Below are positions 49,123-60,280 of a stretch of DNA of 60,898 nt, in pieces. Position 1 is the stretch's first letter; each line of letters starts with the position of its first letter. Under the pieces are notes generated by a model. It had not been told where the DNA came from, made no database searches, and worked only from the letters and a program-made list of their open reading frames with translations. Origin of the DNA: a bacterium (GTDB lineage: Bacteria > Patescibacteriota > Minisyncoccia > Phycocordibacterales > JAUSHB01); NCBI GenBank assembly GCA_030648955.1, contig JAUSHB010000004.1:1-60898 (forward strand). The letters run 5' to 3'. The position numbers and the translations under genes were made by a program.

Positions 49123-51204
49123 CTATACTCCTAGTAGCACCGGAAGCACCATTGGTCGCTTTGCGGTTTCTTGAAAGAGGAATTTACTGACGTTATCAGT
49201 CACCTGGTCTTTAATATAGTCAAAATCAATCGGATTCATTCCAGCACTCATATCTTCGATAGTTTTTTTTGCTATAAGACGAGCATGATGCAGGAGGTCT
49301 TGAGATTCTCGAAGATATACGAATCCACGTGAAATAATATCTGGAGATTTTCTAACTTTTCCCGTACGAATATCAACAATGGCAATGATAACAAACATTC
49401 CATCCTGCGCGAGCATTTGTCTATCCCGGACGACAACCTCTTGGACGTTGCCAATAGAAAATCCTTCAACAACCATCATACCGGAAGGAGCTCGTTCTTT
49501 TCGTACCGAAAGCTTGGTTCCTTTGTCGGTTATCTCTACCACCATACCATTGTCTGGTATTACTATATTTTCTTTAGGGAATCCGTTTCTTTCTTGGATA
49601 AGCTGTGAGTGGATATGGAGCATAGTGTAATTTCCGTATCCAGGCATAAAAAACTTTGCACCGACTGTTTTGTTAATCCACACCAAATCTTCCTGCCGAG
49701 CATGTCCGCCTGAGTGAACTTCAAGCGTTTTGTAGTGAATGAGTTTCAAGTCGTGTCGATAAAGGTTATCTTTCAGTTTTTGTATACTCACTTCATTGCC
49801 GGGGATAATCGATGAGGAAAGCATCACGGTGTCACGGGCGTTGAATTTTATATATTTGTGCTGATTCGTCGCAATTCTCATGAGCGCTGCAAATTCTTCT
49901 CCTTGTGCACCTGTTGCAATAACCACAATACGATCTGGGGGATACTGGTCTATGTTTTGTGGGGCAATAATAGTATCCTCTTTTGGTTTGAGTAATCCCG
50001 CGAGCTTAGCAATTTCTATATTGGTTTTAATACTTCTTCCTTCCAAAATAATTTTTTTGTTATGGCGTTCACATATCTCAATAATTTTAACCATACGGTC
50101 AAATTGAGATGCGAATGTTCCAATAATAAGTCGTCCGGTTGTAGTTTTGACAACCTGCTCAATGTTTTTTTGAACCTCTTTTTCTGAAACTGAAAATCCT
50201 TCTACTTCAGCGTTTGTTGAATCTGCAATAAGAAGTAAGTTGTTCTCTTTTCCTATGTTTCCCCATGTTTTTTCTTCTTTTTCCGTTGCCTTGCCGTTTT
50301 CGTGGTCAAGTTTCATGTCACCCGATGCGACGATATTTCCAAATGGCGTACCAATAATGACTCCCATTGAATCGGGAATCGAATGATATACAGGAAAAAA
50401 TCTTATAGAAAGTTGATTGAACTGTATTTTACTGTCAGGGGTAACAACGTTTATGGTGAGCGGAAGGTTGTTGGGAAATTCTTCTTGACGTTTCTTAATC
50501 ATGAGTGTGGTCAAGTATTGTGCATAAATAGGCGGATTTCCTATTTTATCCATAATAAATGGAATACCACCGATGTGATCGAGATGTCCGTGGGTGATGA
50601 CTACTGCGCGAACTTTTGATTTGTGCTCTTCAAGATACTTGAAATTGGGAAGTGTGTAATCTGCTCCCAACGCGTCATCTTCTTTAACGAAATGAAATCC
50701 AACATCGAGGACGACAATATCATTGCCGCATTCGACAAGAATCATATTTCTTCCAACTTCTTCGACACCGCCCAGAGGAATAATTCGAACAGTGTCATGA
50801 GCTATTGGGGGGACACTCGAACTCTCTCTTCGTTTAGGAATCATTGCTTTTGACCTCATTCTGTCATGTCGTATATTTCCAGTCCCTTTTCCTCTGTTCC
50901 CTCTTCCTTTTCCCGCGGACGGCCCTCTTCCTTCTGGGGGTCTACTTGATGGTAAACGATTTCGTTCAAGGAGACTGGCACCATTATGAGTACCTTGTGA
51001 TCCTGTACCTGATGACGAACTTGTGTGCGGGGTTCCGCCTCCTGTCCTTGCGGGATTAGTATGTCGAACAGGAAAGCGTGAGTGTCCGCCCGCGCCCGTC
51101 TGCGGATCTCGCATGGGTGGGCGCGGGTTGTGGGGCGACTGCTGCCCTGGTCGTCTCTGACTGCTTCCCCCTTGTTGAATATTTCTTCCGTCTCTTTCAA
51201 TCAT
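49123..51204 (-). CDS. rnj: Ribonuclease J with long disordered N-terminal extension
   Basis: IPLGGVEEVGRNM, THGHLDHIGG, HSIPD, GTFAS, HSGGHA, RPMVLP. Confidence 0.95.
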   Translation of the reverse strand: MIERDGRNIQQGGSSQRRPGQQSPHNPRPPMRDPQTGAGGHSRFPVRHTNPARTGGGTPHTSSSSGTGSQGTHNGASLLERNRLPSSRPPEGRGPSAGKGRGNRGKGTGNIRHDRMRSKAMIPKRRESSSVPPIAHDTVRIIPLGGVEEVGRNMILVECGNDIVVLDVGFHFVKEDDALGADYTLPNFKYLEEHKSKVRAVVITHGHLDHIGGIPFIMDKIGNPPIYAQYLTTLMIKKRQEEFPNNLPLTINVVTPDSKIQFNQLSIRFFPVYHSIPDSMGVIIGTPFGNIVASGDMKLDHENGKATEKEEKTWGNIGKENNLLLIADSTNAEVEGFSVSEKEVQKNIEQVVKTTTGRLIIGTFASQFDRMVKIIEICERHNKKIILEGRSIKTNIEIAKLAGLLKPKEDTIIAPQNIDQYPPDRIVVIATGAQGEEFAALMRIATNQHKYIKFNARDTVMLSSSIIPGNEVSIQKLKDNLYRHDLKLIHYKTLEVHSGGHARQEDLVWINKTVGAKFFMPGYGNYTMLHIHSQLIQERNGFPKENIVIPDNGMVVEITDKGTKLSVRKERAPSGMMVVEGFSIGNVQEVVVRDRQMLAQDGMFVIIAIVDIRTGKVRKSPDIISRGFVYLRESQDLLHHARLIAKKTIEDMSAGMNPIDFDYIKDQVTDNVSKFLFQETAKRPMVLPVLLGV

Positions 51205-51290
51205 AAAATTAATTAATTATTTACTTTGTCTCTTAATTGGTTGGTGAGAATGAGTACTGTTACGTTACCCTCATTTAAATTCTAAGTTTT

Positions 51291-53078
51291 TTATTTTGCA
51301 TACATCTTCCACACCTGCGCTTTTTCGAGATACCATGTGTGAACCGCAATGAAACGCTCCGATGGTGTTACGACATGTCCAATCGCGACCCCCTTTATAT
51401 TTTTTGGAAGAACATACGTGAGGTCGGGTGAATATATAAACACCGCAGGAACGTCATCACTCACCATATCTCTAAATGTTGCATATGTTTCTGCGCGAAT
51501 ATCAGGGTCACTCAACTCTCTTCCTTTTTCGAGCGCTTTGTCTGCTTTTATGTTTGCGTAAAGCGCGATATTGAGTCCTGGATCAAGGCGTTGCGATGAA
51601 TGCCAAAATGCAAATGGGTCAGAATCTCTCCCGATCACTTCTCCAAAAAGAAGGGCATCATATTTTCTTGGGCGGATGGCATTTTGGCTCAAATCTCCCT
51701 TGGTTTCAAAAACTTTCACATCTACGCGTGCACCCAATTGCTCCCAATTTTCCTTAATGATTACTGCTGCAGACTTGAGTGCGGGGATTACTGTCGGAGA
51801 AATAGTTGAAATCGAAAATGAAAGTTCCTGCGTAACATTTTTAACCTTTTTTATCATCACATGTTTCTCATCGTCATACTTCCAACCGTCTTTAATAAGA
51901 AGAGCTTGTGCATCCGCAATACGTTCCTCGAATGTTTTATTGCTCGCTTGATAGGGTGCATATCCAAGAGCACCAGGTGGAAGAGGACCATCAATGGGGG
52001 TCGCGTATCCACGGAAGACTTCGTTGATAATCCGCTCTTTGTCTAAAGTATCGTGAAGTGCGGTGCGCACGACTTTATCTGCGAAATAACTTTTTTGATT
52101 TTGATTAAAAAATACACCAAAAATATGAAGCAGGGGCGCTTTGTCTACGCGAAAACCGATAGTCGAAAGATTTTGCGCGGTTTCAGGAGTAATATATACG
52201 GTACTTTGTATTTCTCCTGATTGTAATGCCTTGAGCAAACTTTCTTCATTGCCGTAAAATCTAACATTTATGTTGTCTATGTAGGGTTTTCCAAGTGCGA
52301 ATGCATCAAATGCTACTAAGTTGTAGGAGAGAGGAATATCATTTGCGTCGCGTATTATTTTTGATAGTTTATACGGACCCGACCCAATTGGTTCCCGATT
52401 GTAGCGATTATATTCAAACTGAGAAGAATCGATTGATGCCCAAATATGTTTAGGAAGAATTCCTAATGTCATATTTTCAAGAAATGGGGGATAGGGGTTT
52501 TCAAGAATAAATCGCACTGTTCTAGCACTTACTTCTTCAACAATAATTCCATCCCAACTCGCACGCTTTGGACTTTTGAGAATACTATCCTGCGCTTTTG
52601 CGATGGTGAATACGACATCTTCCGCAGTAATGGGCTCACCATCATGCCAATAAATGTTATCTTTGAGAAAAAAAGTATAGGTTAATCCATCTTGAGAAAC
52701 ATCATATCGATTTGCAAGGTCGGGGTCGAGTGTTCCATCAGGATTCGCGCGCAGTAGTCCTGAATAGATAAGCGCAGTAAGATCACGGTCTACCTCGGAT
52801 GCTCGTTCAGAATTTGCAAACAGAGGGTTGATAAGCACGGGCGATCGTATCGCGCCTTCAACGAGGGTCCCTCCGTGCGCTGGCACAGGAACGAGAAATG
52901 CTTGGTTAATGTACCACAGCATCCCCAAGACACTTGTTGTCATGAGAAGCGCGAACACAAAAAATACAGCTCGTTCTATTTTTGAAAATGAGCGTATAAC
53001 AAACGTCACCGTTGTTTCCCAAGTTAACACACGGTGACTGACAAATATTTGAAATATAGAGATTAGTTTTTCTTTCAC
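51291..53078 (-). CDS. ABC peptide substrate-binding protein (family 5), membrane anchored
   Basis: LIYSGLL...PDLANRYDVSQDGLTYTF, PIGSGPY, YDALLFG. Confidence 0.88.
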   Translation of the reverse strand: MKEKLISIFQIFVSHRVLTWETTVTFVIRSFSKIERAVFFVFALLMTTSVLGMLWYINQAFLVPVPAHGGTLVEGAIRSPVLINPLFANSERASEVDRDLTALIYSGLLRANPDGTLDPDLANRYDVSQDGLTYTFFLKDNIYWHDGEPITAEDVVFTIAKAQDSILKSPKRASWDGIIVEEVSARTVRFILENPYPPFLENMTLGILPKHIWASIDSSQFEYNRYNREPIGSGPYKLSKIIRDANDIPLSYNLVAFDAFALGKPYIDNINVRFYGNEESLLKALQSGEIQSTVYITPETAQNLSTIGFRVDKAPLLHIFGVFFNQNQKSYFADKVVRTALHDTLDKERIINEVFRGYATPIDGPLPPGALGYAPYQASNKTFEERIADAQALLIKDGWKYDDEKHVMIKKVKNVTQELSFSISTISPTVIPALKSAAVIIKENWEQLGARVDVKVFETKGDLSQNAIRPRKYDALLFGEVIGRDSDPFAFWHSSQRLDPGLNIALYANIKADKALEKGRELSDPDIRAETYATFRDMVSDDVPAVFIYSPDLTYVLPKNIKGVAIGHVVTPSERFIAVHTWYLEKAQVWKMYAK

Positions 53079-53371
53079 GAAAATAGTTTTCGTTATTTTT
53101 TAGAAGTATTGATGGCAGATGTCTTTCCGAAAGGAAGTGTTCGCCAATGTGTGTGTCACAGCAACAAGAAAGAGTTTTAGTATGGACGTATTTTATACAC
53201 CGAAGTCAATATTATTACACGAGTGCTTAATTGTTTAACAACGGCTAAGGAATTTATATTAAATAATTGACCATCACTTACGGAACGTATGCGGGATTTT
53301 TGTTTATTTACCAGCCAACACAGAAGTTCCAAAAAGGAAACCGAATGTCTCCATAATACCATCGAGGGGAT

Positions 53372-53599
53372 TTATGTCACAAGTACTGCAAATGTTGATA
53401 ACACAAAAAGAATTGCAAGGACAATAGAAGAATGGAAGAGAATTTTTTCAAATCCTCGTCGCGTGTAGTTGATGCTTCCATCACTGCCTCCAAACGCACC
53501 GCCAACCCCAGCACCTGTTTGTTGGAGAAGAATGGTCACGACCAGTAAGACCGATAGAGTAACTTGCACCCACGGCAATATGTTAACTAAGAGTTCCAT
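53372..53599 (-). CDS. secG: Preprotein translocase subunit SecG
   Basis: ILLQQTGAGVGGAFGGS...TRRGFEKILF. Confidence 0.92.
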   Translation of the reverse strand: MELLVNILPWVQVTLSVLLVVTILLQQTGAGVGGAFGGSDGSINYTRRGFEKILFHSSIVLAILFVLSTFAVLVT

Positions 53600-53654
53600 A
53601 TAGAAAAGGATTATAACAGGTGTTTGGAAAAATGCAATCTGCTGTCACAATAAA

Positions 53655-53681
53655 GGGCGATTTCGTATCACGAAATCGCCC
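53655..53681. terminator. Terminator-like hairpin
   Basis: gggcgatttcgt-atc-acgaaatcgccc. Confidence 0.6.
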
Positions 53682-53716
53682 CCACCAAACCTGCACGTGT
53701 CGCTATTTTTTCTTAG

Positions 53717-53798
53717 TAAAATCATCAAATCCCTTAAGTAACGCAGGATTTTCATCTAAAATCATCAAATCCCTTAAGTAACGCAGGATTTTCATCTA
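53717..53798. repeat. 40-bp-period tandem duplication
   Basis: 53717-53758 identical to 53757-53798. Confidence 0.9.
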
Positions 53799-54441
53799 TA
53801 GCTTTTTGTAACGCACCTTCAAGATCATCCCCCGATTTTGGTGGGGTGAAAATGTATGCAGGATCAATCATCCGCTCAATTTCATGGGAGAAACACTCCG
53901 GGTTGATGCAATGCGTGTAAGGATACGAGTACATTTCAAACGGAGGAATATTCATTGAAGGGGGAGGCATAAGACCACGGTGGTATTTATGTTCTTTCCC
54001 CGAGTGTTTTTTCCCACAAACAACACATTCCCGATGGGAAGAATGTGCACTCCCATCAAGAAACGATGACCACTTCCACACAAGGAGCATTATTGCAGTG
54101 TCAATATTTACAACCCTATCTTTTTTATAAGAATCAAAGGTTTTATATCCACCGGGGGTTAGAATTTCCATGGCTTCATCATCAATGGCGGTGAAATGTT
54201 CAAGTGATTTGGGATTTTCTTGGGTAGTTGTTACCACAACCCCCTCACCCCGTACCTTCCATATCTCAAAGCGAACCATATCTTCAAATGCTTTTAATAT
54301 GATTTCTTTAAGTCCCGCATTAAACGAAGCTGGACTATGGGCTGAACGCTCATCATTGTTTACACCCCCTTCAATGAATATTATGGATGCGTTTGGCTTG
54401 TAATTACACAAGGTCAGTTCAATTCTTACAATCGCGCTCAT
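53752..54441 (-). CDS. Hypothetical protein with Cys/His motifs
   Basis: CVVCGKKH and HCINPECFSH. Confidence 0.65.
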   Translation of the reverse strand: MSAIVRIELTLCNYKPNASIIFIEGGVNNDERSAHSPASFNAGLKEIILKAFEDMVRFEIWKVRGEGVVVTTTQENPKSLEHFTAIDDEAMEILTPGGYKTFDSYKKDRVVNIDTAIMLLVWKWSSFLDGSAHSSHRECVVCGKKHSGKEHKYHRGLMPPPSMNIPPFEMYSYPYTHCINPECFSHEIERMIDPAYIFTPPKSGDDLEGALQKAIDENPALLKGFDDFR

Positions 54442-54526
54442 GTTGTGTTCTCCTTGATTTCATGCAAAATGATTGGGTTTCAAACAAACTATATATCTTT
54501 TTCAACTCTATCACTTCAAAAACGCG

Positions 54527-54554
54527 TTGACAACACCCTAAAATCACGTATAAT
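54527..54554 (+). promoter_or_regulatory. sigma70 promoter of groESL
   Basis: TTGACA-N16-TATAAT. Confidence 0.7.
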
Positions 54555-54704
54555 TCCTACCTGTCTGCGTGCTGTCTGTGTGTAAATCACACACCAGCGG
54601 GTCACTTCAAGTCTCGCGTATTTGTATTACTAGTAATCTATGCAAACGAGAAGCTTTTACGATTTCATTATTAAAAAATTTTAATTTCTATTCAAAATAT
54701 ACCC

Positions 54705-55013
54705 ATGAGCACAAAAATCAAAATCGTACCTCTCGGCGACAAAGTGTTGGTGAAGCCCATGAGTGGAGAAGAGGGAAAAAAGACAAAATCGGGGATTATT
54801 ATTCCCGAAACAATAGACAAAGAAAAGCCGGAACAAGGGAAGGTCATTGCCGTGGGAGACGGGCGCATGAACGATGAAGGAAAACTTTTACCCATGAAAG
54901 TAAAAGTAGGCGATACTGTTTTATTTTCGAAATATGGCCCTGATGAAGTTAAGATCGACGGAGAAGAATATTTTATTTTAAGCGAGGGAAGTATATTAGC
55001 AATCATTAAATAA
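54705..55013 (+). CDS. groES: Co-chaperonin GroES
   Basis: PLGDKVLV, TKSGIIIPET, VGDTVLFSKY. Confidence 0.97.
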   Translation: MSTKIKIVPLGDKVLVKPMSGEEGKKTKSGIIIPETIDKEKPEQGKVIAVGDGRMNDEGKLLPMKVKVGDTVLFSKYGPDEVKIDGEEYFILSEGSILAIIK

Positions 55014-55106
55014 CTAATTGAGTCGAAAGTTCATAAAGTTATAAGGTTCATAAAGTGAACATGTAATTTTCCTCTTTATAAACTTTATACACTTTCTACT
55101 TTATAA

Positions 55107-56759
<1,653 letters not shown>

Positions 56760-56809
56760 ATCATAGTAATCCAAAGCCTCGCTTTGGAAATTGGAAATAT
56801 AGCAAAAAT

Positions 56810-56837
56810 AAAACGCCTCGTAAATCCGGGGCGTTTT
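56810..56837. terminator. Bidirectional terminator
   Basis: aaaacgcctcg...cggggcgtttt. Confidence 0.75.
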
Positions 56838-56869
56838 GAAATTGAGAAACAAGAAACAGAAGCGAAGAT

Positions 56870-57127
56870 TTATTCAGATTCAACCTTGAAGTCGCACTGA
56901 CCAGGCTGCTTTCCTTTTGGATTGCCACATACCGGACATATTTTCATTACGGGTGAAATACCCAACGTCAACCACAGACATCTTCCGGTTTGTCGACATC
57001 GTACAAGTTTGTTTGTGGATGACGCTGCGAATTTGACTGTATCACCTGATGCTGTTTCATGGCTGATTGTACTCACGTGTCCTTCTCCTTTTTTCCAATG
57101 TAACAAATATACTGTTCCATTTCGCAT
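56870..57127 (-). CDS. Small Cys-rich hypothetical protein
   Basis: 85 aa, CPVCG motif. Confidence 0.45.
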   Translation of the reverse strand: MRNGTVYLLHWKKGEGHVSTISHETASGDTVKFAASSTNKLVRCRQTGRCLWLTLGISPVMKICPVCGNPKGKQPGQCDFKVESE

Positions 57128-57256
57128 TGTAATCCTAAATTCATTACTGTCAATTTTTTATGGAAAAAATATCGCATACCATGATATAATTATATGGTAT
57201 TTTCGTCGAAAATGATTCGACCATTAGCCAGTAATTAATAAGTGTTTACTATATAT

Positions 57257-58225
57257 ATGAATACTCAAGAAATAAAAAATTTTTTAAGTCAACCCAAAAA
57301 AGTTGCCCTCGCAGTGTTTTTTGTTTTCATGGCATTTTTTTTGGTTTCAGTTCTCTCGGCGGGAGTTAGTAACAGAAACTCATTTCCTTTAAATAAAGTG
57401 TCCGCTCCCATGATGGGTGTGCCATCTTCTCCTTATACTAAAGGAGGATATGGTGTTGCTGAAGATGCATATGCGCCAGAATTTGAGCAGGGAATTCGCA
57501 CGGGAACCGGAGTCGTTATTTCTCCTGACAGAAAAGTCATTCAAAGTGCGAGTCTTTCTATTGTGGTAAACAAGGCGCGTGAAGCAGTTGAGCAAATAAA
57601 GAGTGTTGCAAAAAAGTGGAACGGATTTGTTGAGTACGCGAATATTTATGAAACAGGAGATAATCGGACTGCAGGATCAATCGCTATTCGCGTACCATCA
57701 AAGGATCTTGATGAAGCACTTCGGGAAGTGAAGGAAACCGCGATCAAGATTACGCACGAGAATGTGAATACTCAAGACGTGACCAAGCAGTTTGTTGATT
57801 TGGAAGCCCGTCTCCGTAATTTCAAAGCGCAAGAAGAACAATATCTTCTTATATTGAAACGAGCGGAAAAAATTCCGGATATTCTTTCGGTGACACAAAG
57901 TTTAAGTTCTGTGCGAGAAAATATAGAACGTTTGCAGGCAGAAATGAATTATCTTTCAGCACAGATTGAGATGTCAAGTATTGCTGTCGAACTTACTGCC
58001 GAAGCTGATGTGAAAATCTTTGGTGTGGTATGGAATCCGATGCAGGAAATCAAGAGCGCTCTCAATGATCTTATTGAATCGCTGGTGCAGTTCGCAAACA
58101 GTGTCATTTCATTCATATTCTTCATTCCTGCCCTTGCGCTCTGGCTCCTCGTTATTTGGCTTGGCGGATGGATTATTTGGAAAGTAGCGCGAAAACTTAA
58201 AACCCACCTCATGACACATTTATAG
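57257..58225 (+). CDS. DUF4349 domain protein
   Basis: DRKVIQSASL, IRVPS, DVTKQFVDLEARL, EIERLQ-like coiled coil, C-terminal TM. Confidence 0.85.
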   Translation: MNTQEIKNFLSQPKKVALAVFFVFMAFFLVSVLSAGVSNRNSFPLNKVSAPMMGVPSSPYTKGGYGVAEDAYAPEFEQGIRTGTGVVISPDRKVIQSASLSIVVNKAREAVEQIKSVAKKWNGFVEYANIYETGDNRTAGSIAIRVPSKDLDEALREVKETAIKITHENVNTQDVTKQFVDLEARLRNFKAQEEQYLLILKRAEKIPDILSVTQSLSSVRENIERLQAEMNYLSAQIEMSSIAVELTAEADVKIFGVVWNPMQEIKSALNDLIESLVQFANSVISFIFFIPALALWLLVIWLGGWIIWKVARKLKTHLMTHL

Positions 58226-58358
58226 AATACACAGTATGGGGTGGCAGAGAATAACTAGGATAAATATACATAGGTTTAACCTATGTACCACTAAATAATG
58301 GATATTCGCAAGCATGTGCGGTACAATACAGGGGAATTAAAAGATAGTTAAAATCATT

Positions 58359-58913
58359 ATGAATCCACTAAATATTCTTTTGGGAATTATAGTCCTTATT
58401 GTTCTTTGGGCAGTATTTGCCTACAACCAGTTTGTCACACTCATCAACCGTGTCAAAGAGGCGTGGTCGGACATCGATGTTCAACTGAAGCGTCGCTACG
58501 ATCTTATTCCCAATCTTGTAGAAACAGTGAAGGGATATGCGACCCACGAACGCGAAGCGTTTGAGAATGTAACCAAGGCACGTGCTCAATCAATGCAAGC
58601 GGGAACTCCTGCGGCAAAAGGACAGGCAGAAAACATGCTCTCTGGCGCGCTCAAATCTTTGTTTGCGGTCGCCGAAGCATATCCGGACTTGAAGGCAAAC
58701 CAAAATTTTCTCGGACTTCAGACTGAACTTTCCGATACGGAGAACAAAATCCAAGCCGCTCGCCGTTTCTACAATGGTAATGTCCGTGACTTAAATACTT
58801 CAATCGAAACATTTCCCTCAAACTTGATCGCCAATATGTTCAAGTTTGAACCTCGTGAATTCTTCGAACTCGAAGATGCGGCCGCAAAAGAGCCGGTGAA
58901 GGTGAAGTTCTAA
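58359..58913 (+). CDS. lemA: LemA family protein
   Basis: WSDIDVQLKRRYDLIPNLV, AEAYPDLKAN, ARRFYN. Confidence 0.95.
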   Translation: MNPLNILLGIIVLIVLWAVFAYNQFVTLINRVKEAWSDIDVQLKRRYDLIPNLVETVKGYATHEREAFENVTKARAQSMQAGTPAAKGQAENMLSGALKSLFAVAEAYPDLKANQNFLGLQTELSDTENKIQAARRFYNGNVRDLNTSIETFPSNLIANMFKFEPREFFELEDAAAKEPVKVKF

Positions 58914-58948
58914 ACAGTCAACACTCCAATGCTTAAGGGCGTACAAAA

Positions 58949-58986
58949 AACAAAAACCCGAGCAGTTGTGCTGGGGTTTTTGTTTG
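58949..58986 (+). terminator. Intrinsic terminator
   Basis: aaacaaaaacccgagca...tgctggggtttttgttt. Confidence 0.75.
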
Positions 58987-59195
58987 CCTGTATGATTTTT
59001 CCTGTACAATACTCGCTGGGGGTATGAATGAGTGTCTTCCTCGGACTGACCGAATCGAGGAGCTCATTGGATGGAATATCTCGCAACTTGCTGTAGAATT
59101 AAACAAACGGTGTGAGTTTCAAATAAGTTCGTCGCAACATGTCCGGATAACATTTATTGTATGAAGCTCAATTATTGTTGCTTGTATTAAAAAAT

Positions 59196-60011
59196 ATGAT
59201 TAGCCCAGAGTTACTTGACTACATAAAAGACACCATAAGGAATAACCAATCCCGCGAAGTAATTACCAAGAATTTGCTTCAAAATGGGTGGGATCTGGAA
59301 GATGTGAGCGAAGGGTTTGATATCATCGTTGGACCGACATACCTATCGCCAACATCGCCTTTGCGTGCGAAGCCAATTACACACCAAGAATCAAAAGAAT
59401 CAAGCAAACCCGATCTAGTGGTCAAAGAAAATCCTGAAGCGTCGGCTGAAATATCGACAGTAGTTTTGCCACTTCGGAGTAGTAATACGTTTACGCTAGC
59501 AATTACGTTTCTTCTTGTTTTAATAGTCATCGTTTCCTTTGGGGGCACCTATATCTTGAGGATGAAAACGGGAGACACAAGAATCCCTCTTGCGCAGTTG
59601 GAAGTACATCCGGAAGTTTCGCAACCAATTCCGCAAATTCAAGAAAACGATCAACTTTCACCACCAGATGAAGAACAAAAGACTATCGCAACCCAAGTGA
59701 TTGATTGCGAAAATGAAGAGTGTTTTCAAGAAGCGTTTACTGCTTGCAGGGAAGCTATCTTGCAAATAGATACAGGAGTCACGACTGCTTACTACAAAAT
59801 TGTAGGATTAGCACCTCAAGGCTGTGAAATGATGTTCAAGTATACAGTAAACCCAAATGACAATTGGGTGAACAAAGAAATAACGTGCATACTCGACAAT
59901 CAAATCAATTTTCAAAGATCGATGGTTAATGCGTTTAAAGAGGTGGTTGAAGGTAGTATGGTTATTTGCACAGGACCTTTTGTGGGGGTACTAAAGCTGC
60001 AGGGGACTTAA
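59196..60011 (+). CDS. Hypothetical bitopic membrane protein
   Basis: N-terminal LLDYIK...LLQNGW domain, central TM, Cys-rich C-terminal domain. Confidence 0.7.
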   Translation: MISPELLDYIKDTIRNNQSREVITKNLLQNGWDLEDVSEGFDIIVGPTYLSPTSPLRAKPITHQESKESSKPDLVVKENPEASAEISTVVLPLRSSNTFTLAITFLLVLIVIVSFGGTYILRMKTGDTRIPLAQLEVHPEVSQPIPQIQENDQLSPPDEEQKTIATQVIDCENEECFQEAFTACREAILQIDTGVTTAYYKIVGLAPQGCEMMFKYTVNPNDNWVNKEITCILDNQINFQRSMVNAFKEVVEGSMVICTGPFVGVLKLQGT

Positions 60012-60280
60012 AAGAATTACCATCCCCTCGAATATTTTTAATAATTCGCCAGCCCTGATTTTCTTGACCGTCTTAGTAAAAACCTAGCGACTACAGATAT
60101 CGATTAAGGTGCATGGATATCTTCGATAGTTTTCCATCAAATGTTGTGATGCCAATGTGGTGGGTGCACCCCCCCTTGCTATTTTGTTAGAGAGGTATAA
60201 GCTTTTTCATAGGTTCTTTGATCTCCATTCTCTGTCCATTTTATACACGCGTATTAACAGTATTCATAATAACTACTTTT

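Noticed and set aside
50856-51200. 114-aa overlapping ORF in the RNase J N-terminus
   Set aside because: An alternate frame of a low-complexity region, with no independent start signal or motif.
51291-53078. Orphan ABC substrate-binding protein as a novel system
   Set aside because: Permease/ATPase genes could be elsewhere, and nothing in the sequence indicates a new function.
53205-53232. CIRCE element (gagtgctta)
   Set aside because: Only an imperfect half-site, and far from groES.
53080-53370. ncRNA or 61-aa ORF between secG and the binding-protein gene
   Set aside because: No recognisable RNA family or protein motif, and only small hairpins.
59020-59165. Structured RNA or 45-aa ORF after the lemA terminator
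   Set aside because: One moderate hairpin only, which is insufficient support.
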